Below, piece after piece: positions 9,885 to 19,284 of a stretch of DNA of 64,000 nucleotides. The DNA is from Anaerolineales bacterium (GTDB lineage: Bacteria; Chloroflexota; Anaerolineae; Anaerolineales; Villigracilaceae): NCBI GenBank assembly GCA_034431895.1, contig DAOUCM010000094.1:22752-86751 (forward strand), in the 5' to 3' direction. Numbering within the stretch: the stretch's first letter is position 1; every line of letters starts with the position of its first letter. The notes beneath the pieces are model-generated. The model ran no database searches. It was given only the letters and a program-made list of their open reading frames with translations, and was not told the origin of the DNA. The translations under genes and the position numbers were made by a program.

Positions 9885-10771
9885 CCCATATTATGACCGA
9901 TAGCCACCGTCCCCTTTTTCAGGCAACTCCCTTACGCATTTTGCAAATCAGCACAGCGGGCTCTCTGCTCTTGCTGATGGCCCTAGGCTGGATATATTTT
10001 GCCGTTCCCATTCCTGATGCGTATTGGAATGACAAGGCCGCCGACATTTTGATTATCCTGGCCTCCATAGGGGCTGCTTTGGCTGGAATCAGGGTGGCTA
10101 GATTGTTCAAGTTCGAAGAAGCTCCCTGGCGCATCTGGTGGGCGTTTACCATAGGTTTGTGGTGCTGGCTGGGCGGTGAAATCAGTGGATTGGTCTATGA
10201 TGCCATTTATTGGGACACAGGGTATCCTCCTCTGACCTTGATAGACCTGTTTTGGATCTTGGGATATATGTGGCTGGGATTGTCTTTGTATTACCAATAT
10301 CGCTTGATTTATGGCCGACAGGACAAACGCGGCACCCGCTATTATGCAGGCTTGATCCTCCTGGCGCTGCTTCTGACGGCCCTGTTGACCAATCTGGCAG
10401 CCTCTGTTGGTTTGGCCGAAGGGTATCCCTGGATCATTTTATTCATCACTGTTCTGTATCCGGTATTCGACCTGGCCGAAGGCGTGGGGGCCCTGCGCCT
10501 ATCTTTGCTCTTTGGGCGCGGACATTGGAGCCGACCATGGTGGGGATTGATTCTATTCGCCCTTGCAGACAGCATCAACAGTTTCTATTGGTTAGGCGGT
10601 TATGCCTGGTTGAGCCCGGTAATGCAAACCATCTTCAATGTAATCACCAACCTGGCTTACCCGGCTGGCTACCTGGTGGCCGGGCTTGCGTTATTGGTCA
10701 ACTATTATCTCATCCGCGATGGGGAAATTGCGGGGTTGATTGTGCCTAAACTGAAAGATCACACCAAATAG
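9881..10771 (+). CDS. Hypothetical polytopic membrane protein (Trp/Tyr-rich TM helices)
   Basis: 296 aa with ~8 hydrophobic segments. TTGA overlap with the upstream ORF. An alternative ATG exists at 9893. Confidence 0.6.
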   Translation: MTHIMTDSHRPLFQATPLRILQISTAGSLLLLMALGWIYFAVPIPDAYWNDKAADILIILASIGAALAGIRVARLFKFEEAPWRIWWAFTIGLWCWLGGEISGLVYDAIYWDTGYPPLTLIDLFWILGYMWLGLSLYYQYRLIYGRQDKRGTRYYAGLILLALLLTALLTNLAASVGLAEGYPWIILFITVLYPVFDLAEGVGALRLSLLFGRGHWSRPWWGLILFALADSINSFYWLGGYAWLSPVMQTIFNVITNLAYPAGYLVAGLALLVNYYLIRDGEIAGLIVPKLKDHTK

Positions 10772-12372
10772 TCGCGCAAATGTCGGCTGCGGGTAGGATG
10801 CCGCAATTTGCGCAGCGCTTTGGCCTCGATTTGACGGATGCGCTCGCGTGTGACGTTGAAATAACGGCTTACTTCTTCCAGGGTGTGGTCTTTGCCATCT
10901 AACAAGCCAAAACGAAGTTCCAGCACCTGACGCTCGCGCTCAGAAAGTGCCGTCAGCGCGCGTTGCACCTGTTCGCGCAGCATTTCGCGCGAGGCGGCGT
11001 CTAGCGGCTCGAGGGCATCTTCATCTTCGATGAAATCACCCAACTGGCTGGATTCCTCGTCTCCCACCGGCCCTTCCAGCGAGACCGGTTCCTCGGCAGA
11101 ACGCAGCACACGGTCCACTTTCTGGGTGGCATATTCCCAACGACGTTGTACGGCTGGGTCGAGCGGCTTGGCCTCGGCCTGGGCGCGCAGAATGGCTTGT
11201 ACATCTGTTGTAGGCAGATAACCCACCTCTAGCGCAATCTCTTCATTGGTCGGATCGCGTCCCAGTTCTTGCGTCAACTGGCGCTGGGCGCGCAAAATCC
11301 GTGTAATCGACTCGAACAAATGTACCGGAATACGGATGGTGCGTGCTTGCTCAGCAATCGAGCGGTTGATGGATTGCCGAATCCACCAGGTTGCATAGGT
11401 GCTGAATTTGAAGCCGCGTCTGGGGTCGAATTTGTTGACTGCCCTCAACAGCCCCATATTGCCTTCTTGAATCAAATCGAGAAAAGAAATGCCGCGCCCC
11501 AGATAGCGTTTGGCTACGCTGACCACCAGCCTCAGGTTAGCGCGGATGAGAGCATGGTTGGCGTCCTCCGCTCGCGATTGGATGGAGGCCAGTTCGTTTT
11601 CCAGTTCCGAAGCGGGGGGCAAGTGACGCTGGAGGGTGCGCTCCGTCGGCAGGTTGTGATGTTGTTTCAGGTGACTCATCAGCCAATTTGCACACTCGCT
11701 GGGCAGAAAATACAGACACAAAAAGACGCTGAAAGCCTTGCGCACCATACTGTCCCAGGCCGGGTCTTGTCCCCACAAGCCGTTGTCCAAGTAAGCCCGC
11801 AGGTAAGAGGGTGCGTCTGTCTCCCAGCCAGAGTGTAGCGCTTGCGCCTCGGCCAAAAGCAGCGTCAAGTCTGGCGCTTCCTTCTCGAGACGATGGGCAT
11901 CCTCCTCCAATCGTTCCCAAGAGGTGATCAATTCGCTCAGGATGGCGCGGTAGGCTTCGCTGACGGCTTGGCGGCCTGTTTTGCGTGAACGTCGCAAAAA
12001 GATTTCCGCCATGCGATGTGCCTCGATGATCGTAGACAGACGAAACTCGTTGTCCGGATCGAGTAGTTTGACCTGTCCAATTTCGCGCAGGTATAACCGC
12101 ACTGGGTCCTCGGACAATTCAGCGGCCACCTCTGGCGTTCGTAGAGGCAGGGCTTCCTCACCTTCTTCCAATTCGTCTATCAACGCCAGGCTGTCTTCGT
12201 CTGGTTCCAGCATTTCTTCCACCTTTTCTTCGTCCAGTTCGCTGTGATCTTCCAAGTCCTCTTCAATCGGCAAAGCGGCCTGTGACGACTCTGCGGGGAT
12301 GTCCTTTATAGCCGGAAAACGCGGCGGGCGAGGTCTGATAGGGGGCCTGGCTTTCGACTTGATTTTACGCAT
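10759..12372 (-). CDS. rpoD: RNA polymerase primary sigma factor (sigma-70)
   Basis: Acidic N-terminus. Regions 2-4 are present ([53 protein letters not shown]). Lies 6 nt downstream of dnaG. Confidence 0.95.
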   Translation of the reverse strand: MRKIKSKARPPIRPRPPRFPAIKDIPAESSQAALPIEEDLEDHSELDEEKVEEMLEPDEDSLALIDELEEGEEALPLRTPEVAAELSEDPVRLYLREIGQVKLLDPDNEFRLSTIIEAHRMAEIFLRRSRKTGRQAVSEAYRAILSELITSWERLEEDAHRLEKEAPDLTLLLAEAQALHSGWETDAPSYLRAYLDNGLWGQDPAWDSMVRKAFSVFLCLYFLPSECANWLMSHLKQHHNLPTERTLQRHLPPASELENELASIQSRAEDANHALIRANLRLVVSVAKRYLGRGISFLDLIQEGNMGLLRAVNKFDPRRGFKFSTYATWWIRQSINRSIAEQARTIRIPVHLFESITRILRAQRQLTQELGRDPTNEEIALEVGYLPTTDVQAILRAQAEAKPLDPAVQRRWEYATQKVDRVLRSAEEPVSLEGPVGDEESSQLGDFIEDEDALEPLDAASREMLREQVQRALTALSERERQVLELRFGLLDGKDHTLEEVSRYFNVTRERIRQIEAKALRKLRHPTRSRHLRDYLV

Positions 12373-12378
12373 CGTAAC

Positions 12379-14304
12379 TCATTCGCTTCGGCGTAATGAT
12401 AATCTTTTTCCAGCCTGGTCAAGATCGCGCAGCAAGCGCGTATGTTGCAGGACCATTTGCTGATAGGCAGTTGCCTTCAAGTCGCCTTGCTGTTGTGCGT
12501 CTTCTTGCATGAACCGCAATTGGGTCAGACTCTCGTTCAGCCCTATGCGGCGCAACTTGATGACACTACGCTGCAATTCCTCCAAAATGCGCTCTTCGAG
12601 CGGGTCGAGAGGTTCCACTTGCTGCCCCAATTCACGCGCCAGGTCTTGCAGCGTTTCAGGCAAGCGTTCGAGTACATATTGATGTGGGTCTACGGCATCT
12701 TGTTCCAGAGATTGACGGATGAGACCCAGCAAGATTTGATGGTCAGTATACCCGAAATCTTCGGGAACGAGTCGTTGTAAATTGGCCTCTTGCAACTGAC
12801 GGTCGAGCCGGTAGAGCAATTCTGGCTTGCGCAATAGTATGCCCAGGCAATACGCCTCGGCCTTGTGGGAGGCGACAAAAGGAATGGCCGCCGGCGGTTT
12901 GGATGGCGGCTGGGCGGCTGCCGGTTGGGGCCTGGGCCGCCTCTTTTTTGGACCCTGAACCTGCCTGCCGAGCAATGCGCTTTCATCTACCCTCAAGAAA
13001 CGCGCCAACTGCTGCCGATAGGTGTCTCGTTCGATGGGGTTGGGCAGGTCTTCGATCAGCGGCGTGACCTGCGCTGCAATGCTCGTTTTGACTTTTGGAT
13101 CTTGTAAATTTTGCCTGGCTGCCAGCGTTTCCATGACGTGTGTAACGATGGGTTTGGCGTTCTCGATCAATCGCGCCCATTCAGCGGCATCGCGGGCAAC
13201 GATTTCATCTGGGTCGAGGTCGTCGGGCATAGAAGCCACCCTCAGGTCGGCTTGCAAGCGCGCCTCGTTGCGCAACAGGCCGCGCGCATCGAAACGCAAC
13301 TCGCCCTCATGATCCATGGCTTGACGCGCAGCCTCCAATCCGCGCAGTACGGCTTTTTGGCCGGCGGCATCTGGGTCGAGCGCCAATACAATCTTGCGCG
13401 TAAAACGTTTGAGCAAACGCAGTTGCTCTTCTGTCAACGCCGTGCCCATGGGAGAAACGACGTTCTCGAAGCCGGCCTGGTGCAGGGCAATCACATCCAG
13501 GTAGCCCTCTACGATGACGGCCTGATCGGCCGCGCGGATGGGCTTGCGGGCGCGGTCTAGGCCGTAGAGCAAGCGTCCTTTGGCAAAGATGGGCGTTTCG
13601 GGCGAATTCAAAAACTTGGGGATGTCTTCGGGGTCCACGATACGCGCGCCGAAACCGGCCATGCGTCCCTGCTCGTCGCGGATGGGAATCATGATGCGGT
13701 GGCGGAAACGGTCATAAGCGCCGCCCGCGCGCTGTGTTCCGCTTTCCTCGCGTACCGTCAGCAGACCGGCGTCAATTAAATCTTGTTCCGAATAGCCGCG
13801 CTGGGTGAAATGCCGCAGAGCCGCATCCCACGAGTGGGGGGCGTAACCCAGCCCAAAGGCTTCGATGGTTGCGTCCGTTAGTTTACGCTTTTCACGCAAG
13901 TAGGTCAAAACATGAGCATTGGCCAGCAAATGGCCGCGATAGAACAGCACTGCCTCTTCGAGCAATTCGCGTAGATGTTGATATACCTCTTTTTGTTCGG
14001 GAGTCTCACGCTGGAAGGAGGTCAACTGTACCCCGGCGCGCGCGGCCAGTTTTTGCAATGCCTCCTTGAACTCGATGCCTTCTTTCTTCATGACGAACTT
14101 GAAAATGTCGCCGCCCTCGTTGCAAGCCCCAAAACAGCGCCAGGTTCCGGTCTCCGGCCAAACCACAAAGGCCGGCGTGCGCTTGTTGTCGTGGAATGGA
14201 CAAAAGCCGGTATAGTTGCGCCCGGCTTTGCGCAGTTTCACGCCTGCCTCAGAGACAAGGTCTACGATGTCTATACGGGATTTGATCTCATCAATTTCGG
14301 ACAT
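12379..14304 (-). CDS. dnaG: DNA primase
   Basis: Zn-finger (CPFHDNKRTPAFVV), RNA polymerase domain and TOPRIM (VIVEGYLDVIAL). Start set at ATG 14304 (MSEIDEIKSRIDIVDLV). The ORF is open to 14340. Confidence 0.95.
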   Translation of the reverse strand: MSEIDEIKSRIDIVDLVSEAGVKLRKAGRNYTGFCPFHDNKRTPAFVVWPETGTWRCFGACNEGGDIFKFVMKKEGIEFKEALQKLAARAGVQLTSFQRETPEQKEVYQHLRELLEEAVLFYRGHLLANAHVLTYLREKRKLTDATIEAFGLGYAPHSWDAALRHFTQRGYSEQDLIDAGLLTVREESGTQRAGGAYDRFRHRIMIPIRDEQGRMAGFGARIVDPEDIPKFLNSPETPIFAKGRLLYGLDRARKPIRAADQAVIVEGYLDVIALHQAGFENVVSPMGTALTEEQLRLLKRFTRKIVLALDPDAAGQKAVLRGLEAARQAMDHEGELRFDARGLLRNEARLQADLRVASMPDDLDPDEIVARDAAEWARLIENAKPIVTHVMETLAARQNLQDPKVKTSIAAQVTPLIEDLPNPIERDTYRQQLARFLRVDESALLGRQVQGPKKRRPRPQPAAAQPPSKPPAAIPFVASHKAEAYCLGILLRKPELLYRLDRQLQEANLQRLVPEDFGYTDHQILLGLIRQSLEQDAVDPHQYVLERLPETLQDLARELGQQVEPLDPLEERILEELQRSVIKLRRIGLNESLTQLRFMQEDAQQQGDLKATAYQQMVLQHTRLLRDLDQAGKRLSLRRSE

Positions 14305-14460
14305 ACCATCGGCGCTCGCTCGAACTACGTACAGCCTCAATTATAGTATTACTGAACGACATTTGCATCGTTCGCGCAAATCTGGCTTGTAGCGAATTAC
14401 ACGAATGACTCGAAGGTTTTACTCTTGGTTCGCACCGCAGTTGCCTGCCCCTCGATACTC

Positions 14461-14857
14461 GTTTCACCCGCAGTTCATGAAGTTCAACAAATTATTGCTG
14501 TAATCTGACAAGATGCGACTATTAGCCGTCGTATCACCGACCTTGGGTCGATTCGACCAGGCAGAACCTGGGGATACGCTAAGCACCCGTCGTACCACCG
14601 ACCGGGTCGGTGCGGCCAGGCAGAGCCGGGTGATACGCTAATCAGCCGTCGTACCACCGACCTTGGGTCGGTGCGACCAGGCAGAGCCGGGTGATACGCT
14701 AAGCACCCGTCGTACCACCGACCGGGTCGGTGCGACCAGGCAGAGCCTGGGGATACGCTGTTCGCGCCTGGCTGCTGGCGCCTGGAGCCGGCTTCCAGCC
14801 GGAGCCGCAAGGAAGGTTGCCGAATTATTTTGTTAACTCCATCAACTGCGGGTAAAC
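14461..14857. mobile_element. MITE-like element: ~37-bp imperfect terminal inverted repeats enclosing a tandem-repeat core
   Basis: 14461-14497 (GTTTCACCCGCAGTTCATGAAGTTCAACAAATTATTG) compared with the reverse complement of 14821-14857 (GTTTACCCGCAGTTGATGGAGTTAACAAAATAATTCG). About 31/37 match by eye, with small indels. No transposase and no clear target-site duplication. Confidence 0.35.
14521..14760. repeat. Four tandem ~60-bp repeats (alternating A/B variants, i.e. 2 x 120 bp), each with two palindromes
   Basis: Units start at about 14521, 14581, 14640 and 14701. Each carries CACCGACC-(G or TTG)-GGTCGGTG and CCAGGC-AGA-GCC(T/G)GG. Read directly. Confidence 0.95.
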
Positions 14858-15158
14858 AGGGACTGCGGCGCGACGCCAGTTTAGTCGCGTCTGGAGGCTA
14901 CGCTATGAATTATAGACGCATTTTTCGAAATTACACAAAAAGCATCTTCTCGAAAAGGAGGAAAAGGCGCGTGTTTGGAGATGTGTGGCGCGCCCAAGGC
15001 ACACCGAATCTCCAGATTTTGCTCGAAAGTCGGGAGACTTTCGAATCCGTAGTTGACAAATGAAGCCATTATCCCCATTTTGAGTTATAATGTAATAAGA
15101 TGTTATTGTAAAAAGTTGCAACAAGAATAACTCCTACAGAAAACGGCTTCGAGACAAT

Positions 15159-15593
15159 ATGACCTGTGGTAGCCAATATGCCCCTCAATTGCGCACGCGC
15201 GGCTTTCGTATGACGCCCCAGCGCCTGGCTATTTTGCATGTGCTTCATCATTCTGGCAGTCATCTTTCGCCGTCTGAAGTGTACCAACGTGCCAAAACCG
15301 ACCTGCCCGGCTTGACCGAGCCAACCGTCTACCGCACGCTCGAATTCCTGGCCGAGAATGGATTGGTGCATTCTGCTCATATCGGCAGTGGTCATCTAGT
15401 GTATGAAATCGCCAAACAAAGTCATCACCACTTGATTTGCCGCAAATGCGGCGCAGAAGTGCAAATCGAACATTCCTCGTTGTCGAAACTCTACGCCGAA
15501 TTGGAAGTCGTCAGTGGCTTCCGTTTCATTGATAGTCATGTGACGTTCTTCGGGCTATGCCCGGAGTGCCAAAAATTTCATTCAGGAGGCTAA
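15159..15593 (+). CDS. Fur-family metalloregulator (possibly nickel/cobalt-responsive, given its position)
   Basis: 144 aa. Winged helix (RMTPQRLAILHVL, TVYRTLEFLAENGLV), HHHxxC...CxxC metal sites (HHHLICRKCG, CPEC). Immediately upstream of cbiM. Confidence 0.9.
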   Translation: MTCGSQYAPQLRTRGFRMTPQRLAILHVLHHSGSHLSPSEVYQRAKTDLPGLTEPTVYRTLEFLAENGLVHSAHIGSGHLVYEIAKQSHHHLICRKCGAEVQIEHSSLSKLYAELEVVSGFRFIDSHVTFFGLCPECQKFHSGG

Positions 15594-15595
15594 TC

Positions 15596-16534
15596 ATGTT
15601 GTATTCTCCCGCTCCCATGCACATTCCCGATGGGTTTCTCAGCCTGGTAATGTCTCTGTTCTTTTGGGGTGTTACTATCGTTACCCTGGCGATTGCCATT
15701 TCCAAGACCAATCGTTCACTGGGTGAGAAGCAGGTGCCGTTGATGGGTGTCATGGCGGCCTTCATCTTTGCCGCACAAATGCTCAACTTCCCCGTTGCGG
15801 GCGGCACGTCGGGCCACTTTTTGGGCGGCGCGCTTGCAGCCATTGTGTTGGGGCCTTGGGCCGGCATTCTGGTCATGACCGCTGTCATTGCTGTACAAGG
15901 ATTGCTCTTCCAGGATGGCGGCTTGTTGGTGATGGGCGCCAACATCTTCAATATGGGCTTGCTGACCGCCATCGTCGGCTATGGCTTGTATCGCAGCGTG
16001 ATGGGGCGCAGCAAAGGCGCGCGCCTGGCTGTGGCTGGCCTGGCAGCTTGGCTTTCGACCGTAATCGCTTCCCTGCTGGTCTCCTTGCAGTTATGGCTGA
16101 GCGGCACCTCGCGTCTCGAAATCGTTGTCCCGGCCATGTTGGGGGTGCATGTGCTGATTGGCATGGGCGAGGCGGTCATTACTGTGGCTGCGCTGGCCTT
16201 CATCGAACAAACCCGTCCTGACCTGTTGAGCGAAGAAGCGACCGCGGCCAGAGGCGGCAGCGGCTGGGTCTATGCAGGCGTTGGCATTTCCTTGCTGGCG
16301 GTATTGCTTTCGCCGCTTGCTTCGGCTTTTCCCGATGGCCTGGAGCGCGTGGCCGAGGATATGGGCTTCCTCGAAATGGGGCGACCTGCACCGTATGAGA
16401 TTTTGCCAGATTACACCATTCCCTTCTTGGGAGAAACGGCGCTTTCGACCATCATAGCCGGTGCAGTTGGCGCGTTGGTGGTGTTGGGATTGGCGGTTGT
16501 CATTGGTCAAAGTTTGCGCAAGCGAAACGCTTGA
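15596..16534 (+). CDS. cbiM: ECF transporter substrate-capture component CbiM/NikM with C-terminal PDGLE domain
   Basis: Start at ATG 15596, after AGGAGG. The mature N-terminus MHIPDGFLS is the CbiM hallmark. The C-terminal FPDGLERVAEDMGF is a PDGLE-type extension. Confidence 0.9.
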   Translation: MLYSPAPMHIPDGFLSLVMSLFFWGVTIVTLAIAISKTNRSLGEKQVPLMGVMAAFIFAAQMLNFPVAGGTSGHFLGGALAAIVLGPWAGILVMTAVIAVQGLLFQDGGLLVMGANIFNMGLLTAIVGYGLYRSVMGRSKGARLAVAGLAAWLSTVIASLLVSLQLWLSGTSRLEIVVPAMLGVHVLIGMGEAVITVAALAFIEQTRPDLLSEEATAARGGSGWVYAGVGISLLAVLLSPLASAFPDGLERVAEDMGFLEMGRPAPYEILPDYTIPFLGETALSTIIAGAVGALVVLGLAVVIGQSLRKRNA

Positions 16535-16703
16535 CAGCCCATTTGAGATTGTGCTAAAAGGTACGCATCACGTATTGTCTCGTTATAGGGAGGGAGGTGT
16601 TTGGGGCTTGCGTAGCGCCCTTACCCTTCTGCCCTCTTCTTTCGAGAAAAGGCCGCATCACGTGGCGTAATACGTGGTGCGTATTTGTTGTCTGAACCAT
16701 GTT

Positions 16704-17495
16704 ATGCACGCTGATATTTTCGACCGCTTTCACGAAGCCGAGAGCCGCCTGCATCGTCTCGATCCGCGCGTCAAGGTGGTCGTGACCCTCTTGTTCATTC
16801 TGTCCAATGCCCTGTTGCCCGATGGCGCTTGGGCGGCTTTTGGCTTATCTTGGCTTTCCCTGCTATGGGCCAATCAATTATCCAGCCTGGGCGTGGATTT
16901 TACTTTCAAACGTTCGTTCGTTGCCCTGCCGTTTGCATTGGCAGCCGTCTCGGCGATTTTTTCGCCGCAGGGAAAGCCGCTGGCTGATTGGTCCATTGGG
17001 CCGCTTATGCTTGTCCCCACCGATTATGGGCTGGTCAAATTTGGCAGCATTTTGCTGCGCTCCTGGTTGTCGGTGCAAGCCGCCATTTTGCTGGTGGCGG
17101 TTACGCGCTTTCCCGATATGATTCACGCTTTCGAGCATTTGCGCGTTCCGGCGGTACTGACCACCATCGTGTCGTTCCTGTATCGCTATTTGTTCGTGTT
17201 GACCGACGAGGTGATGCGTTTGTTGAGGGCGCGGGAATCGCGCAGCGCAACGGTAGCAGGCCTCAGGTCCGGCAGGAACGTGGTGTGGCGGGCGCAGGTG
17301 GCGGGCAACATGGCCGGTCAACTTTTCTTGCGCAGTTATGAACGCAGTGACCGCATTTATCATGCCATGTTGGCGCGCGGTTATGCCGGTCAATTGCGCA
17401 CGCTCCATCCGCACGTCATGAAATCGAGCGATTGGCGGTTTGCAGCCTTTTCGGCAGCCCTCATTCTATTCTTACAATTGCTTGGACGATTGTAA
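16704..17495 (+). CDS. cbiQ: ECF transporter transmembrane (T) component CbiQ
   Basis: MHADIFDRF...LHRLDPRVK start is typical of CbiQ. The ARESR motif (RARESRS) is present. Its stop overlaps the cbiO ATG by 1 nt. Confidence 0.85.
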   Translation: MHADIFDRFHEAESRLHRLDPRVKVVVTLLFILSNALLPDGAWAAFGLSWLSLLWANQLSSLGVDFTFKRSFVALPFALAAVSAIFSPQGKPLADWSIGPLMLVPTDYGLVKFGSILLRSWLSVQAAILLVAVTRFPDMIHAFEHLRVPAVLTTIVSFLYRYLFVLTDEVMRLLRARESRSATVAGLRSGRNVVWRAQVAGNMAGQLFLRSYERSDRIYHAMLARGYAGQLRTLHPHVMKSSDWRFAAFSAALILFLQLLGRL

Positions 17496-18259
17496 TGCCA
17501 GTTATCCACAAAACTCCTCCTCTCCCGATGCTGCCGTTGGGCGGCTGTGAAAGCGATCTCCTCGCGGTCGAGAACTTGTATTTCCGTTATCCCGATGGGC
17601 ATGAAGCGCTGCGAGGCGTTTCCTTCAAGATGTGCGCGGGCGATAAGGCAGCATTGGTGGGGCCGAACGGGGCCGGGAAAAGTACGCTGATGCTGCATCT
17701 TAACGGTATTCTGACGGGGCAAGGCGAGGTGCGCATCGCCGGCTTGCGCATCACGCCAGACAATTTGCCCGCCATCCGCGCCATGGTGGGACTCGTGTTC
17801 CAAAACCCCGATGACCAACTCTTTTCCCCAACGGTGTTCGAGGACGTGGCTTTTGGACCGCTGCACATGGGGTTGCCCGAAGAAGAAGTGCACGCCCGCG
17901 TAGATCAGGCGTTGGACATGGTGCGCATGACGGCTTATAAAGATAGGCTGTCTCATCATTTGAGTATGGGGGAGAAGAAGCGCATTGCCATTGCAACCGT
18001 TTTGTCCATGCGTCCGCAAGTATTGGTGCTGGATGAGCCTTCGGCGGGCCTGGACCCCCGCGCGCGGCGAGGGCTGATTCATCTCCTGCGCGATTTGCCC
18101 ATCACCATGTTAGTCTCCACCCATGATTTGGCGATGGTGCGCGAATTGTTCCCGCGCATGATTATCATGGACGAGGGAAAAATTGTCGCCGATGGCTTGA
18201 CTTCTATGCTCATGAATGACCAGGCCCTGCTCGAAGCGCATGGCTTGGAGAAACCATAG
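17495..18259 (+). CDS. cbiO: ECF transporter ATPase CbiO
   Basis: Walker A GPNGAGKST, signature LSMGEKKR, Walker B LVLDEPSAGLD. Start ATG 17495 (TAATG overlap). Confidence 0.9.
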   Translation: MPVIHKTPPLPMLPLGGCESDLLAVENLYFRYPDGHEALRGVSFKMCAGDKAALVGPNGAGKSTLMLHLNGILTGQGEVRIAGLRITPDNLPAIRAMVGLVFQNPDDQLFSPTVFEDVAFGPLHMGLPEEEVHARVDQALDMVRMTAYKDRLSHHLSMGEKKRIAIATVLSMRPQVLVLDEPSAGLDPRARRGLIHLLRDLPITMLVSTHDLAMVRELFPRMIIMDEGKIVADGLTSMLMNDQALLEAHGLEKP

Positions 18260-18269
18260 CGCGGGATGA

Positions 18270-18974
18270 TTATCCTTGCCTCATTCCTGGTCGGGCTTCT
18301 GCGCTGGCGTTCATGCCAATCGGGTGATAGGTGGGGTCGGTGCGTGCGGGTCGGTTGTTAGGGGCGGCGGTCAGCGGTTTAGGCGTCGGCCGGATATAGG
18401 TTGGCGCCACAGGGCGCTTTGCTTCCGGCGCGGGGGCGTCGCTTCGATGGGGGAAAGGTTGTCGCTCTGCCAGGCTGAACAGGTTTTCGCCTGCAATCGA
18501 AAAGGTACCAATGATCAGCACGCGAATCAACCATACCATCACGGCCACGAATACGGGAACCACTTTTGTCATTGTGGCTTGTCCAATCAGCATACTGCCT
18601 GTTGGCGTATGATTGACGATGGCTACCGACACGCCCCACCAGGTCAGTATGGCGTTCATGGCTGCCGCCAGCAGCCAGGCCGCAAACAGGTACCAGACTT
18701 CGGCTGGCTCGTCGCGTCCCTTTTCGGGGGTGAATAGGCGCGCAATACCGGCAAAGTCGATTCCGCAAAAGGCAATGGAAAGAATGGTGGCCCAGCGCAA
18801 GCCGGCAAAGCGTAAATCTCCCAAGACATCGCGCAGCGCAAAATCAGTGGTCGAATAATTGAAGACCTCGAAGGCCAACAATGCGCCAACCAGGATGCTG
18901 CCAAACACTGCGCCGCGCCGGTTTGCGGCGTTTCGCAATAAGGGGAGAAGTTGGAGAGAAAATGTACGCTGCAT
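18270..18974 (-). CDS. Hypothetical membrane protein with Pro-rich C-terminal tail
   Basis: Five or more hydrophobic segments. Start set at ATG 18974 (GAGG ~6 nt upstream). The ORF is open to 19034. Confidence 0.55.
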   Translation of the reverse strand: MQRTFSLQLLPLLRNAANRRGAVFGSILVGALLAFEVFNYSTTDFALRDVLGDLRFAGLRWATILSIAFCGIDFAGIARLFTPEKGRDEPAEVWYLFAAWLLAAAMNAILTWWGVSVAIVNHTPTGSMLIGQATMTKVVPVFVAVMVWLIRVLIIGTFSIAGENLFSLAERQPFPHRSDAPAPEAKRPVAPTYIRPTPKPLTAAPNNRPARTDPTYHPIGMNASAEARPGMRQG

Positions 18975-19230
18975 GGCAACCTCATGTATCCAATCGGTTG
19001 AGTAAAAGGAAAGATTGCTTGTATTATAGAACAAATGTTCTATTTGTCAAGGTTTTCTCTCTGGTGATTTACCCCCCTCTTTGCATCGCTTGAGTTGGCG
19101 GGCTGGAGGTCTTGCCTCAGAGCGTGAAAATCGGCTGGCAGGCGACGCGGAGGCCACTTTGCGAAGTACCTTTGAGGGTCAACCAGGCGGCGGGTCTCGA
19201 TAATCGCTGTTCAGCAGCGCAACGAGCGGC

Positions 19231-19265
19231 AAAAACAAAAATCGCCCTGTACATCAAGGGCGATT
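19231..19265 (-). terminator. Rho-independent terminator of the mevalonate-type operon
   Basis: Minus strand reads AATCGCCCT-TGATGTAC-AGGGCGATT followed by TTTTGTTTTTG. Starts 20 nt after the DUF35 stop. Confidence 0.7.
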
Positions 19266-19284
19266 GGGGAAGTTCGAGGAGCGT

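Noticed and set aside
14484-14810. A minus-strand 108-aa ORF across the 60-bp repeats (SPGSAW.HRPGRWYDGCLAY repeats).
   Set aside because: It is open only because the repeat length is close to a multiple of 3. It has no SD and is Arg/Pro/Gly-rich shadow sequence.
14830-15063. A 77-aa ORF in the dnaG/fur spacer (and 14881..15124 on the minus strand).
   Set aside because: It has no SD, a basic low-complexity composition, and it overlaps the repeat/TIR element and the dispersed motif. It is probably non-coding.
16535-16703. A cobalamin or NiCo riboswitch in the cbiM-cbiQ spacer.
   Set aside because: I could not find the B12 box (GCCACTG-like) or any core I recognise. It is kept only as an unclassified structured element in the findings.
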